A DNA stretch of 63,206 bases, filler included, from Octopus bimaculoides (lineage: Eukaryota), in NCBI RefSeq assembly GCF_001194135.2. It is 6 parts of 6 records of this genome, joined end to end, with 100 filler letters (N's around TTAATTAATTAA, not from the genome) between each part and the next. Parts side by side here need not be neighbours in the genome. Positions count along the whole stretch, not along the records: positions 24,031 to 42,537 come from NC_068989.1; 5 more parts are not named here. One strand, written 5' to 3'. The notes below the pieces were generated by a model, which made no database searches, was not told the origin of the DNA, and saw only the letters and a list, made by a program, of their open reading frames with translations. The position numbers were made by a program, and so were the translations under genes. This document shows positions 25,663 to 37,525 of this stretch, piece after piece (position 1 is the first letter of the stretch; the number at the start of each line of letters is the position of its first letter).

Positions 25663-26066
25663 TCATGCTGGAGCACCGCCTTTAGTCGAGCGCAAATCGA
25701 CCCCAGGACTTATTCTTTGTAAGCCTAGTACTTATTCTATCGGTCTCTTTTTGCCGAACCACTAAGTGACGGGGACGTAAACACACCAGCATCGGTTGTC
25801 AAGCGATGTTGGGGGGACAAACACAGACACACAAACACACATACACACACACGCATATATATATATATGTATGTATATATATATATATATATATAATATA
25901 TACGACGGGCTTCTTTCAGTTTCCGTCTACCAAATCTACTCACAAGGCTTTGGTCGGCCCGAGGCTATAGCAGAAGACACTTGCCCAAGGTGCCACGCAG
26001 TGGGACTGAACCCAGAACCATGTGGTTGGTAAGCAAGCTACTTACCACACAGAAACTCCTGCGCCT
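25663..26066 (-). mobile_element. SINE family B (25663-26056 duplicates 25123-25516; likely unmerged contig overlap)
   Basis: 394-bp near-identical copy at offset 540 on the other side of an N gap. Confidence 0.8.
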
Positions 26067-26799
26067 ATTCCTGCGCCTATTCCTAGCCAAAAAAAAAAAC
26101 ATTTTTTTATTGATCATCGTTAAAACTTTAATAATAGATGCTTCCCGCTGCTTTCGAGTGATTATGGAGCAAGAAACTGCATTAAATAGAAATATCACGC
26201 GATACCAGTTGTTATAGTACATGATACATACAAACATCACGTGTTTTCGCATGTGAACATGTGAAGCTATTCAATATTCTGCGCCTGCTGATGAATATAT
26301 GATTGTGTGACGAATTTTTCAACGATTTTTTGTTTTCCATGATCAATCAAATTTCCCTGTACTTTTGGCCCATCAAATTTCGTTATCGATCGTCAACATA
26401 TCATGAGGATATAAACAGTGAATTAACTGCTTTGTTATTGAAAATAGTTTCTTTCTTTTCACTTTATCGAGGACAGATAAGCAGTGTCTGAGCTTATTAA
26501 TCAAAGATATCTCTTATTTCGTATTGCTGACAGCGTTATTTATACGAAGAAGTTTCGATGTGAGCCTTCGATATTCCAGTAAGAGCAGCCAAATATCGTT
26601 CAAATACTAATTCACAAACTTAGAAAAGGTCACATTACATAATGTGACCCTAGGTGCTTTGCATATAAGAAAAAGACTGGATAGCCACAGCTGGAATGCT
26701 TTTAGTCCTAGGTTCGCTCGGTCAGAACTTACTTGGCACTAAACAACGCGCGTGCACGTGCACGCGCGCGCACACACACACACACACATACATACAGAC

Positions 26800-26835
<36 letters not shown>

Positions 26836-28305
26836 ATATTATTAGGGACAAAATCCAAAATTATAGGTAAAAAACTCAATTAAAATCAATTTATAAAAAA
26901 TTAAAATTAAATTGAGCCTTATAGATAAAGTATATATAAAATATATAGTTTTAGGGAAAATANNNNNNNNNNNNNNNNNNNNNNNNNNNNNNNNNNNNNN
27001 NNNNNNNNNNNNNNNNNNNNNNNNNNNNNNNNNNNNNNNNNNNNNNNNNNNNNNNNNNNNNNNNNNNNNNNNNNNNNNNNNNNNNNNNNNNNNNNNNNNN
27101 NNNNNNNNNNNNCATTCAATAATCATCCCTTCATCCATTATAATAACATGTATATTATATACAAAAAACATCTTACATAAATTATCATTGTTTTAAATTA
27201 TCATTGTTTTAAATACAAGTTGAACGAAGTTTAAGTTTAAAATAATAATGAAGATAAAATTAGTACATATTTAACCGGTGTAAAAAATATTTTCACTTGT
27301 CCGGCCATTGATCGAGAGATAAAATACAAACCACATCCTGCTGACTGCAAAACTCCCGCCAAATTAGCCGCAAAAAACACACACACGTCCATTTCATATG
27401 TCTTTCACTTTCTCTATGATTATACACACGTCCAATACAATAGCTCTCACATACATTTTCGTCTTCTACAGGTATGTATCTATTCTATAATATAAATTGT
27501 TTTTCTATAAGCGTATAACAATTACTTATTCCATACTTCTTCACTTAGCTTTTATCTTCACTTCTCTTAAATTAGATACGTCTGCTATTAATTCTTACAT
27601 ACAATTTCCCCATTAATTCTTACAGCTTCATTTTCTGTTTAAGCAATTCTTAACGTCGACTTCTTAATGCCTCTTCTACTTTTTCCTAGCCACCATACTT
27701 AACGAGAACATCGATTAAAACTTATTCTACGCCAATTCTCCTTTCTTCTGCCATTAACACAACCAGTTGCTCACACACCTTACAGTTTCTCATTCTCTAG
27801 CATCACATAATGCTAGAAATAATAGCATTGGATGAAAAAAGTCGAAGACTGCTCGTGAGACATGAACCTACACCTCCTGATCCGAAAGAATTTTTCAACT
27901 CAACGTTTATATGTTATTAGTTACAGATTTACTAGATGTGCTTCGAGATCCGATGTTCCAAAAGGAAAAGGAATTATTTCACAGTCTTTCGAAAGACATA
28001 TATTCATATGTACATATATTCATATACACACATTTATATATACGTAAACACACACACTCACACAAACTTACACACATACACACACGCACATACATATATG
28101 TGTGTGTGTGTGTATGTATGTGTGTGTGTTTGAGCTGTTTACAACCGAGCGGTTGGGAATAGTCGTGCCTGAGGCAAAACCAGGAATAGACTGTCAACTT
28201 TTCATAAGATAGACGTATTCAACAAAACATCATAAATGTATTCTTTTCAATTCAGATAATGATTGGACAGTATAAAATAAATTTATAATATATTTTATGC
28301 TACAT

Positions 28306-28427
<122 letters not shown>

Positions 28428-28692
28428 CACATGTTAATATCGAACAGTAAGAATGGGTGCTTCAACCTCAACACCGCATTGGTGGATAAATATTCTTTAT
28501 TTGGGGATTAAGGCTATCATTGGTTTCATGTAGTAAATTCTTAGCAATTATCAGGCCTACTACATGTGACGTTGGTATTCGTATCCAAGAAGGAGGCAAG
28601 TACCAACATCATATGCAGCAGGCTTTTTAACAACTGGGAATTCTCGGCATAAAGGCAATGGTACCCCACTTAATCCACAAATAAACATATAT

Positions 28693-28850
28693 ACTACGGG
28701 TTTCTTTCAGTTTCCGCGTATGAGATCCCTTCACAAGGCTTTGTTCGGTCCGGGGTCATAGTAGAAGACATTCATCCGAGTTGCTAAGCAATGGGACTGG
28801 ACCTGGAACCATTTAGTTGGGAAGCAAACTTCACCAGCTACGCCTGTTCG
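28693..28850 (-). mobile_element. SINE family B 5' half, degraded
   Basis: TTCTTTCAGTTTCCG...CACAAGGCTTTG...GTAGAAGACA...GGAACCAT. Confidence 0.65.
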
Positions 28851-28984
28851 CAGTTTATAGAGCTGTCGAAATCTGGTTCAGGTTTCACAGCCAAAGAAGA
28901 GAGAAGATGGCGCAAGTGCTTTATGCACCATTATTTCAAACTCAAGAGAGGATGGCACAAGTACCTCTTACACCTTAAGTCTAG

Positions 28985-29200
28985 TTGATTGTCTTCAGTC
29001 TAGATCCTTATATATCCGTCTTCTCAGACGACCAAATATTACACAGACACGTTTTATCTTGTACAGGATTTCCTTATCCATATCTCCATTCTCTGATTGG
29101 TGTCTACCTACGTAGATGTTACAGTTACTCGGGATTCTCCATCATCAGTTTGTGTACCTGGTTGACTGGACCAGATTCCTGCTTGTTGGCTGCTTCTTAA
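28985..29200 (-). mobile_element. RTE LINE reverse-transcriptase remnant
   Basis: Minus strand YVGRHQSENGDMDKEILYKIKRVCVIFGRLRRRIY resembles RTE YLGSxLSxxGxIDxEIxxRIxKAxxxFGRLRxRVW. Confidence 0.6.
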
Positions 29201-29321
29201 TGTCAGTTCTGTCTGAGATTTCAAGCAACGAAGTTCTAACAACAAATTATCAAACATTGATTCTCTTAATTTGGACACCACAAAAGATATAAGCTGACAT
29301 CAAACATTATTACCAGTTTCC

Positions 29322-29805
29322 AAGCGGCGAGCTTACAGAGTCGTTAGTGCGTAGAACAAAATGCTTATCGGCATTTCTCCCGAATCCTTACGTGCTAAGT
29401 TCAGATAACACCGAGGTCGACTTTGCTTTTCATCCGTTAGGTGTCAACACTATTCACGTTGCTCTAATTCGTTCAGCTGACAGTGTGCTGTGTCCTTCAG
29501 CAAGACACTTAATTTCACACTCCTCCCGTCAACTTAACTAGCACAAACGTGTTGTACTTGTATTTCAAAGGGCCAGCCTTGTCACATTCTGTGTCATGCT
29601 GAATCTCCCAGAGAACTACGTTAAGGGTACATCTGTCTGTGGAGTGCTCAGCCACTTGCACGTTAATTTCACGAATAGGCTGTTCCATTGATCGAGTCAA
29701 CTGAAACACTCGTCGTCGTAACCAGCCAGCCATGTGCTGGTATCGATGTTATCAACTTACCCCTCCACTTAAAATTGCTGGCCTTGTACCAAAAATAGAA
29801 AGTAT
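29322..29805 (+). mobile_element. Nested SINEs: family A split by a family C element (about 29480-29735)
   Basis: A head and core at 29322-29448; C body CAAAGGGCCAGCCTTGTCAC...GTCTGTGGAGTGCTCAGCCAC...GTCGTCGTAACC; A tail AAAATTGCTGGCCTTG at 29770-29805. Confidence 0.75.
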
Positions 29806-29899
29806 AATTGCCACTTTCAATAAGGGAGACAAATCAGATTGGGGAAACCATTGAGAAATCTTCCTTTTGTCAACAGTCGGAAGCTTTCTAACTCATCTT

Positions 29900-30080
29900 T
29901 TGGTTACATATTCAAATTTCAATCTGGTTTTCTATATTCGAGAACCACTGTTGATATGATCTGTACTCGTTTGTTACAGAAAAAAAAATACAGTAACACA
30001 TACTGCTGTATATGGTCTTCCTTTGATCTCAGTAAAGAATTTGGTTCCGTAAATTGTGAAGCTTCTGTGAGAAGTGCTAA
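29900..30080 (+). mobile_element. RTE LINE reverse-transcriptase remnant
   Basis: FQSGFLYSRTTVDMICTRLLQKK...FDLSKEFGSVNCEA resembles RTE QCGFRxxRGTxDMIFxxRQLQEK...FIDLxKAFDTVNREAL. Confidence 0.65.
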
Positions 30081-30269
30081 CCAAACTTTGCTACACATAA
30101 AACTAAATCTCAATCATGCGGCTTCAGCAGAAGATCTCCAGCCATTTGTGTATACATATACATGCGTGTGTGTGCACGTGAGTCTGGATGTATATATGTG
30201 TGTACGTATGTATATGTCTGTGCATAAATATATTTGTGCGCGTGTGTGTGTCTACATAGCAAGCCAGCG

Positions 30270-30311
30270 AGTAGTAGTGGTGGTGGTGGTGGTGGTGGTG
30301 GTGGTGGTAGC

Positions 30312-30366
<55 letters not shown>

Positions 30367-30367
30367 A

Positions 30368-30400
<33 letters not shown>

Positions 30401-30660
30401 AGCCATATCATCACGTGTAAAATGTGTTGCAACAGACACTGTTGAAATATTTNNNNNNNNNNNNNNNNNNNNNNNNNNNNNNNNNNNNNNNNNNNNNNNN
30501 NNNNNNNNNNNNNNNNNNNNNNNNNNNNNNNNNNNNNNNNNNNNNNNNNNNNNNNNNNNNNNAGAAGAAGAAGAAGAAGAAGAAGAAGAAGAAGAAGAAG
30601 AAGAAGAAGAAGGAGGAGGAGGAGGAGGAGGAGGAGAAGAAGAAGAAGATGATGATGATG
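30270..30660. repeat. Compound (GGT)n/(AGT)n and (GAA)n/(GGA)n microsatellites around an N gap
   Basis: Direct reading. Confidence 0.95.
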
Positions 30661-31297
30661 CCAAGTTGTCAGTGGTGTTAGTTTTGTTGAAATTCAAACA
30701 AAACTACGAAACGATTCAATAAAATGCTGAACTTCAGAAAAAAAAAAGAAAAAGAAAAAAGTCTTCCCATATTTCGCTTCCGTCTGTTGATGGCGTGAAT
30801 GTGAGGAATTTGGTGCCATCAGCATTATTATCTAGAGAAAACTGTTATTTATCTATATTCATTTTATCAAGGCCACTCTGTAGTAAACATTATCTTTCGT
30901 AAACAAAGCCTCTCTCACCCACTCATTGCTTCTAAACAAAAGCTATAGGCACCCTTCTTTAATTCTCTTTATCTCCCTCTTTTTCTGTCTGTCTGTCTCA
31001 CCCCTTCTCACTTTCTCTCCCTCATTTACTCTCCTGCTACAATGCCCTAAAGTTACATTCACATCATCATCGATATACGAAACGTAGTAACAACAATCAG
31101 TGCTGGCTTTAATTTCTATAGAATATCTGCAGAGATAACCTTAATAAATAATGTAAAAGCACATTGCTAACGCAGTAGAACGCTGCATTGGCTTATCAAA
31201 ACGTTTAATATACTTTATAATATATTAAATATATATAGATAATGCTGGCATGACGAAATACCACGTACCTACAAGTCATCGATATTATGTTTAGTAA

Positions 31298-31699
31298 AGA
31301 AAGCGGCGAGCTGGCAGAAACGTTAGCACGCCGGGCGAAATGCTTGGCGGTATTTCGTCTGCCGTTACGTTCTGAGTTCAAATTCCACCAAGGTCGACTT
31401 TGCCTTTCATCCTTTCGGGGTCGATAAATTAAGTACCAGTTACGCACTGAGGTCGATGTAATCGACTTAATCGCTTTGTCTGTCCTTGTTTGTCCCCTCT
31501 ATGTTTAGCCTCTTGTGGGCAATAAAAAATAGGTATTTCGTCTGTCGCTACGTTCTGAGTTCAAAATCCGCTGAGCTCGACTTTGCCTTTCATTCTTTCG
31601 GGGTCGATAAATTAAATACCAGTTGTGTACTGTAGCCGATCTAATCGACTGGCCTCTTCCCCTAAAATTTCGGGCCTTATGCCTAGAGTAGAAAAGAAC
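31298..31699 (+). mobile_element. Dimeric SINE family A with 14-bp TSD
   Basis: Full monomer plus a headless second monomer; ATTATGTTTAGTAA at 31284-31297 and 31700-31713. Confidence 0.9.
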
Positions 31700-31814
31700 A
31701 TTATGTTTAGTAATGATTTCTCACTCGTTGTCACTACACAAAATCGAAAGCCTTCCATTTTGATTTTAATTGTCTCTAAACGTTTTCTTTCCCTGATTCT
31801 TGTGTTATGTTCAG

Positions 31815-32345
31815 TGAAAGCGCGTGGCTTAGTGGTTAGAGTATTCAGCTCACGATCGTATGGTCATGAGTTCAATCCCCGGCAGCGCGTTGTGTCCTTC
31901 AGCAAGGCACTTTATTTCACATTGCTGCAGTTCACTCAACTGGCAAAAATTAGCAATTTTTCAAAGGGCCAGCGTTGTTACATCCTGTGTCACGCGATCT
32001 TCCTAAGAATTATTGGCTTGGTGCATAATTATTGCGGCTTTTTTTCAGCAAATTTTATTCAACAAAGGCAATAACAATATTTAACAGAAACATCTTTAAA
32101 TGACAGTCTGACCGTCTGCCAAGCAAATGGGAAGCAGTAATTGAAGTAGATCGTGAATATGCTCCGGAATAATCATTTAAAGATGTTTTTATTACATGTT
32201 GTTGTTGTTTTTGTTGAAGAAAGCCGCAATAATTATGCACCATCTCAATACCTTAAGTGTACGCGTGTCTGTGGAGTGCTCAGCCACTTACACGTTAATT
32301 TCACGGGCAGGTTGTTCCATCGAATCAGCTGGAACCGTTCCGTTG
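31815..32345 (+). mobile_element. SINE family C variant (tRNA head) interrupted by a mariner MITE
   Basis: GCGTGGCTTAGTGGTTAG A box, GAGTTCAATCCC B box; the body resumes CCTTAAGTGTACGCGTGTCTGTGGAGTGCTCAGCC after the insertion. Confidence 0.8.
32013..32248 (+). mobile_element. Mariner-derived MITE with TA TSD
   Basis: TIRs (including TA) match 27/30; TTGGTGCATAATTATTGCGG resembles the Hsmar1/MADE1 TIR TTAGGTTGGTGCAAAAGTAATTGCGG. Internal DRLPSKWEAVIEVDREYAPE* matches the mariner transposase C-terminus. Confidence 0.9.
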
Positions 32346-33087
32346 ATACTTCTAGACCGCTGAGGTGACCGAGTCGATGTGAAAGTTCACCCTCCGTATT
32401 TTGACCTCTGTTGAGAAAACATGAACCGAAAGAGAATTCGAGATTTGCAGGACATTTGTGGAGGAAAGATCGGTCGAAATAATTGGTTTATGTTTTGAAC
32501 CGAAGAGTGAAACCTGACAGAAAATACAAGGAAAGAAGAGACGTGTGAATTGGATGAACTTGCGTGAGGGCAGTAGATTAGTAGTGATAATGAACTAGAG
32601 ATTTATAATTTACCAATTCATCGATTGATTCATAATTAATGAGGCCAAGTATACCCCATGACCAAAATGTACTTAGTAGTTGTATCTAATTACTAATGTA
32701 ATTAGTAGAATTATTGATCACATAACCAGGATAATAAACCTCATTCATCTTTATACCAGAGTGAAACCAGGACAGTTATTCACCCTTACACATGCAACCT
32801 GCCAGTATTGCTCATCTTTTCAACTCTTTTGTAGGGGTTCACAAAGTGTAACTTACTACAGTTTTAGGGGACGTTGACATAATGTAAGAAAGGGACCTTA
32901 ATAGGTATTCCTTAAAAACGCATTGATGCTATCGTTAGCCTTTTGAAATTGTACTGTTGAGTCAGACTTTCTTCAGTGGTATTGTTTCCTGTTTAACCCA
33001 GGGCAGTCTTGATCAAACAGGCATAAAATGAAAGGTGTCCCAATGGTGATCAATCTGTCTTTTTTCTGATCTCAGAGATTACACAAT

Positions 33088-33484
33088 GCTTGCTTGCCCA
33101 GCTCTTTGCTTCTTAGTCGACTAGACTCTGAGACAATCACGTCATTGCTATGCCTGTCTATTTCTCTAAGCCACATGACTGAAAACCACCACTTAGCTGT
33201 TATATTTAAATTTCTGAACTTCCTTGCATAGATTACTTCATTCAACTAGATTCTACATTTTGATTATATTCCATCAACAACTAGTTAATAAAATGTATTT
33301 TTATGTAGTAAATATATAGTTCTTGAATTTATTCTTCTTCTTTGTAAGAATTCTTCTAACAATATACATGTAGCCATTTCAATATTTGATACTGGACATA
33401 TATTCTCACTACATAAATTGGTGACCCCGACGTGATTGGCTCAGAGTCTAGTCGACTAAGACGCAAAGACCAGGGCAAGCAAGC
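33088..33484. mobile_element. MITE-like element with 56-bp inverted ends
   Basis: 33088-33143 vs reverse complement of 33429-33484 match 52/56; AT-rich interior; no clear TSD. Confidence 0.7.
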
Positions 33485-34162
33485 TGTTTTTTTTTAATGG
33501 AACGCTAGACATTCTCGAAACTTCCAAGAGAAACGCGAAGCTTCTTGAATAATTTAGAATTANNNNNNNNNNNNNNNNNNNNNNNNNNNNNNNNNNNNNN
33601 NNNNNNNNNNNNNNNNNNNNNNNNNNNNNNNNNNNNNNNNNNNNNNNNNNNNNNNNNNNNNNNNNNNNNNNNNNNNNNNNNNNNNNNNNNNNNNNNNNNN
33701 NNNNNNNNNNNNNNNNNNNNNNNNNNNNNNNNNNNNNNNNNNNNNNNNNNNNNNNNNNNNNNNNNNNNNNNNNNNNNNNNNNNNNNNNNNNNNNNNNNNN
33801 NNNNNNNNNNNNNNNNNNNNATAATTGCCATACAGTTAAATTAGGTACTTAAGTTGAAGCACCAAGTCAGTCTGGTATTGTCCGTGCAACTCAAAGTAAG
33901 GTGAATAAAATCAAAATAAGCAACAGGATATCAAGAGGTGATGCATTACGACCGTTTCAAGCGACTCCATTTAATTTGAGCTACATTAGTTTTATCATTC
34001 ACTGAACAAAAAAGGTGGGCTCGATGTAACTAGCTTCCACCCTTCTTAAACCATCAGAGAAAGATTAGCTATATTGTGTTCGGGTATGTATTGATAGCTT
34101 ATCGCTAGTACAATACATACAACATCGGGAAGGTAAAAGGCTTGGTCAGTATAAACACAAAA

Positions 34163-34172
34163 GCGCATGCGC
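34163..34172. promoter_or_regulatory. NRF1/Ewg-type palindrome GCGCATGCGC in a CpG-containing unique region (possible promoter)
   Basis: Exact motif, with donor-like CGG|GTATGT (about 34083) and AAG|GTAAAA (about 34131) nearby. Motif only. Confidence 0.25.
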
Positions 34173-35451
34173 TAACGACGTTCTTTATTAATAATGACTA
34201 TAAACTGCAAATAGCTATAGATTAGTCAGATGGCAGATGACGAGTATTCGTTCTTTGATAAAGACCTAGAAGGACAAGAAACTAGTCAAATTGGTTCCGC
34301 TCTTTTTTCCCACAGATAGACAAAATCTGTTACGTAATCATTCCGTTCGTGTTCTTTTGTTTGTTTGTTTTGGAGGGTATTTTTTCACCACAAAGCTAAC
34401 AGTGTATATTTATCAACAAACCCCTTCAATAATGACTTTTTAAAATATCTAATGACGCTGTGTAAGTTCACTATAAATTAATGAGTATATGTCATGCAAG
34501 TATATCTATCTTGATTTTTGCATAATTTAACGGTTCTCATTGAGGATATAAAATATATCTAGTGTAGTATCTACAAGAGTCTGTATGAATATAATCGTGT
34601 ACATGCATGTATCTATTACATTACATACGGCGAATATTGGATGCACATAAAGGAGGGTTGTCTTTATCATGAATAGACATGAATAGGACGTATAACTGAA
34701 CAACTGTTGGATCACACACACACATACATGCATACATACATACATACACACACACACATTCATATAGACTCACACAGTACTGGCTTTGCACGGTTTCACG
34801 TAATCACGAGATTGTTTGCGGTTCTGGTGCGGTTTTTGTTTGTTTGTTTTTTTTTGTTGTTGTTGTTGTTTTTGTTTTGCTTTTTGCATTTTACGTATTC
34901 CGAAAGAATATTTCGACGTTTCCATCTCATTTCATTTCTTGCAGATTGAGTGGGGGGGGGGNNNNNNNNNNNNNNNNNNNNNNNNNNNNNNNNNNNNNNN
35001 NNNNNNNNNNNNNNNNNNNNNNNNNNNNNNNNNNNNNNNNNNNNNNNNNNNNNNNNNNNNNNNNNNNNNNNNNNNNNNNNNNNNNNNNNNNNNNNNNNNN
35101 NNNNNNNNNNNNNNNNNNNNNNNNNNNNNNNNNNNNNNNNNNNNNNNNNNNNNNNNNNNNNNNNNNNNNNNNNNNNNNNNNNNNNNNNNNNNNNNNNNNN
35201 NNNNNNNNNNNNNNNNNNNNNNNNNNNNNNNNNNNNNNNNNNNNNNNNNNNNNNNNNNNNNNNNNNNNNNNNNNNNNNNNNNNNNNNNNNNNNNNNNNNN
35301 NNNNNNNNNNNNNNNNNNNNNNNNNNNNNNNNNNNNNNNNNNNNNNNNNNNNNNNNNNNNNNNNNNNNNNNNNNNNNNNNNNNNNNNNNNNNNNNNNNNN
35401 NNNNNNNNNNNNNNNNNNNNNNNNNNNNNNATATATATATATATACATAAA

Positions 35452-35617
35452 TACGACGGGCTTCTTTCAGTTTCTGTCTACCAAATCCACTCACAAGGCT
35501 TTGGTCGGACCGAGGCCATAGTAGAAGACACTTGTCCAAGATGCCACGCAGAGGGACTGAACCCGGAACCATGTGGTTGGTAAGCAAGCTAGTTACCACA
35601 CAACCACTCCTGCGCCT
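35452..35617 (-). mobile_element. SINE family B 5' half
   Basis: Reverse complement of the head and CORE-like block. Confidence 0.85.
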
Positions 35618-36233
35618 AATTTTGCTAATTATTTTTGAGATGGAATTGTAAAATTTTAAATGTCGAGAAAGTCGATTGCTTTGGAAATAACGATTGATAA
35701 CTTAAACCAAACTCCAAAATGGAATGAGTTGAACGAAAACATTGAAACATTTTATAGAAATGAAGTAATTGACACAAAAGTTAAAAGGGATGGAAAAATA
35801 TCGGAACCAAAGTAATTGCTGGATCGGCAATAACATTAAAAGACAAGCCGTACATACGTATTAGCATTATGGAAACATATATATTCTCTTCTCTCTAGCT
35901 ATTTAGCGCTACCAGTACATTCTCAAAGTTTCATTCACACCACATGACCCCTTTGAATGAACAGCAAATGGAATTTATGTCTCCACACTATCCACTTGTA
36001 ATAACAAAGCATGAACTCCTATCGGAATCTACATACCATGGACAAGAAGCATTTCTACCCATTCTACACAACACTTTCCTTGGATAATGGAACTGCAATT
36101 GTAACATCCTACATATATTTTTACTTTTATTTTTATTCTCTGATTTCCCTTTATACTTCTTACACCCATCCTTTTCCAAAATAACTCCTTATATTGAACT
36201 ATACTATTTCCCTCTAGTTAACTCTCTCATATT

Positions 36234-36281
36234 GGCTCTGATGAAGGGATATCCCTAATGTCCCAGAAACAGCTGTAAGAC
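36234..36281 (+). ncRNA. Minimal type I hammerhead ribozyme motif in a Penelope-like terminal repeat
   Basis: GGCT-CTGATGA-a-GGGA(11 nt)TCCC-a-GAAA-CAGCTG-T-A|AGAC; stem III is the palindrome ACAGCTGT; predicted cleavage after 36277; stem I short with one mismatch. Confidence 0.65.
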
Positions 36282-36371
36282 TACCTTTCTCTTTATGAAT
36301 GTCCTGAAAATTCCACACAGCCTTGGTTTTGTTGTCTCATTTTATTTAAAACACACACACACACATATACA

Positions 36372-36580
36372 CAAGGGGAAGTAAAAAATTACCCGCACTT
36401 TCGCCATAACATATCTTTATTATTGTCGCGTATGCGTGCTTATACTTCATAGTATTGTGGTCATGTGATCGAAGTTTGAGCCCGATCGCGCAATTTTTTT
36501 TCTGGCTTTACAGTATAACCATGGTCATAACATAAAGATATGTTATGGCCAAAGTGCGGATAATTTTTGACTTCCCCTCG
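36372..36580. mobile_element. Mariner-type MITE in a CA/TA microsatellite
   Basis: 48-bp TIRs CGAGGGGAAGTCAAAAATTATCCGCACTTT... matching 44/48; right flank TA. Confidence 0.8.
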
Positions 36581-36639
<59 letters not shown>

Positions 36640-37384
36640 TTATATATTTATACCAAAATTTGGCAAAAATATAAGACCCCTACTAATAAGACCCCGAGGA
36701 GATGCAGTATCCCATATTTTATAATATGCATGAATCGATCTGGATATCGCATCGAAATGATCATAGGTCATCATCATAATAAAGTATTTTCAATGGATCA
36801 GTTTTGAGCTCTTATTTAAATCGATACATATATATATATATATATTATATATATATAGCAATGTTAATTCTCTAAATGAAGTATTAACAGTAACTGCACG
36901 ATAAAGTGTAGTATATTGCCACTTAAGTGTGGCTGACCCCTAGGGGTGGATGTTACTGTTGCTTTTAGCCCCAGGAGGACATCTCCTCCAGCTGGCTTAT
37001 CGACACACGACTGTGTCCTGTTTGCCAAGGGAAGTTATCCCTCTCACCACGATCTGCAGCACGAACGGATCCGGATTTCAGGGTTATTTCCGNNNNNNNN
37101 NNNNNNNNNNNNNNNNNNNNNNNNNNTATTATATATATATAGCAATGTTAATTCTCTAAATGAAGTATTAACAGTAACTGCACGATAAAGTGTAGTATAT
37201 TGCCACTTAAGTGTGGCTGACCCCTAGGGGTGGATGTTACTGTTGCTTTTAGCCCCAGGAGGACATCTCCTCCAGCTGGCTTATCGACACACGACTGTGT
37301 CCTGTTTGCCAAGGGAAGTTATCCCTCTCACCACGATCTGCAGCACGAACGGATCCGGATTTCAGGGTTATTTCCGGATCCGTT

Positions 37385-37525
37385 CGTGCACTCCACAGAC
37401 AAGTGTACCCTTAACGTAGTTCTCGGGGAGATTCAGCATGACACAGAGTGTGACAAGCCTGGCCCTTTGAAACACAGGTACAACAGAAACAGGAAGAAAG
37501 AGTGAGAGAAAGTTATGGTGAAAGA
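37385..37525 (-). mobile_element. SINE family C middle part
   Basis: GCACTCCACAGACAAGTGTACCCTTAACGTAGTTCTCGGGGAGATTCAGC...GGCCCTTTGAA is the reverse complement of the 41450-41557 body. Confidence 0.8.

Noticed and set aside
25123-26056. Apparent 394-bp tandem duplication
   Set aside because: Near-identical copies directly flank an N gap; most likely an unmerged contig or haplotype overlap.
27452-27477. Recursive-splice-like TTTTCGTCTTCTACAG|GTATGT
   Set aside because: A single motif is expected by chance in 60 kb of AT-rich DNA, and no host intron is established.
27790-28000. Coding-looking stretch (MLEIIALDEKSRRLLVRHEPTPPDPKEFF; DLLDVLRDPMFQKEKELF)
   Set aside because: The two frames would need a 22-nt intron or a frameshift, and no family was recognised.
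36843-37376. Apparent 250-bp tandem duplication
   Set aside because: Identical copies flank a short N gap; likely an assembly artefact.
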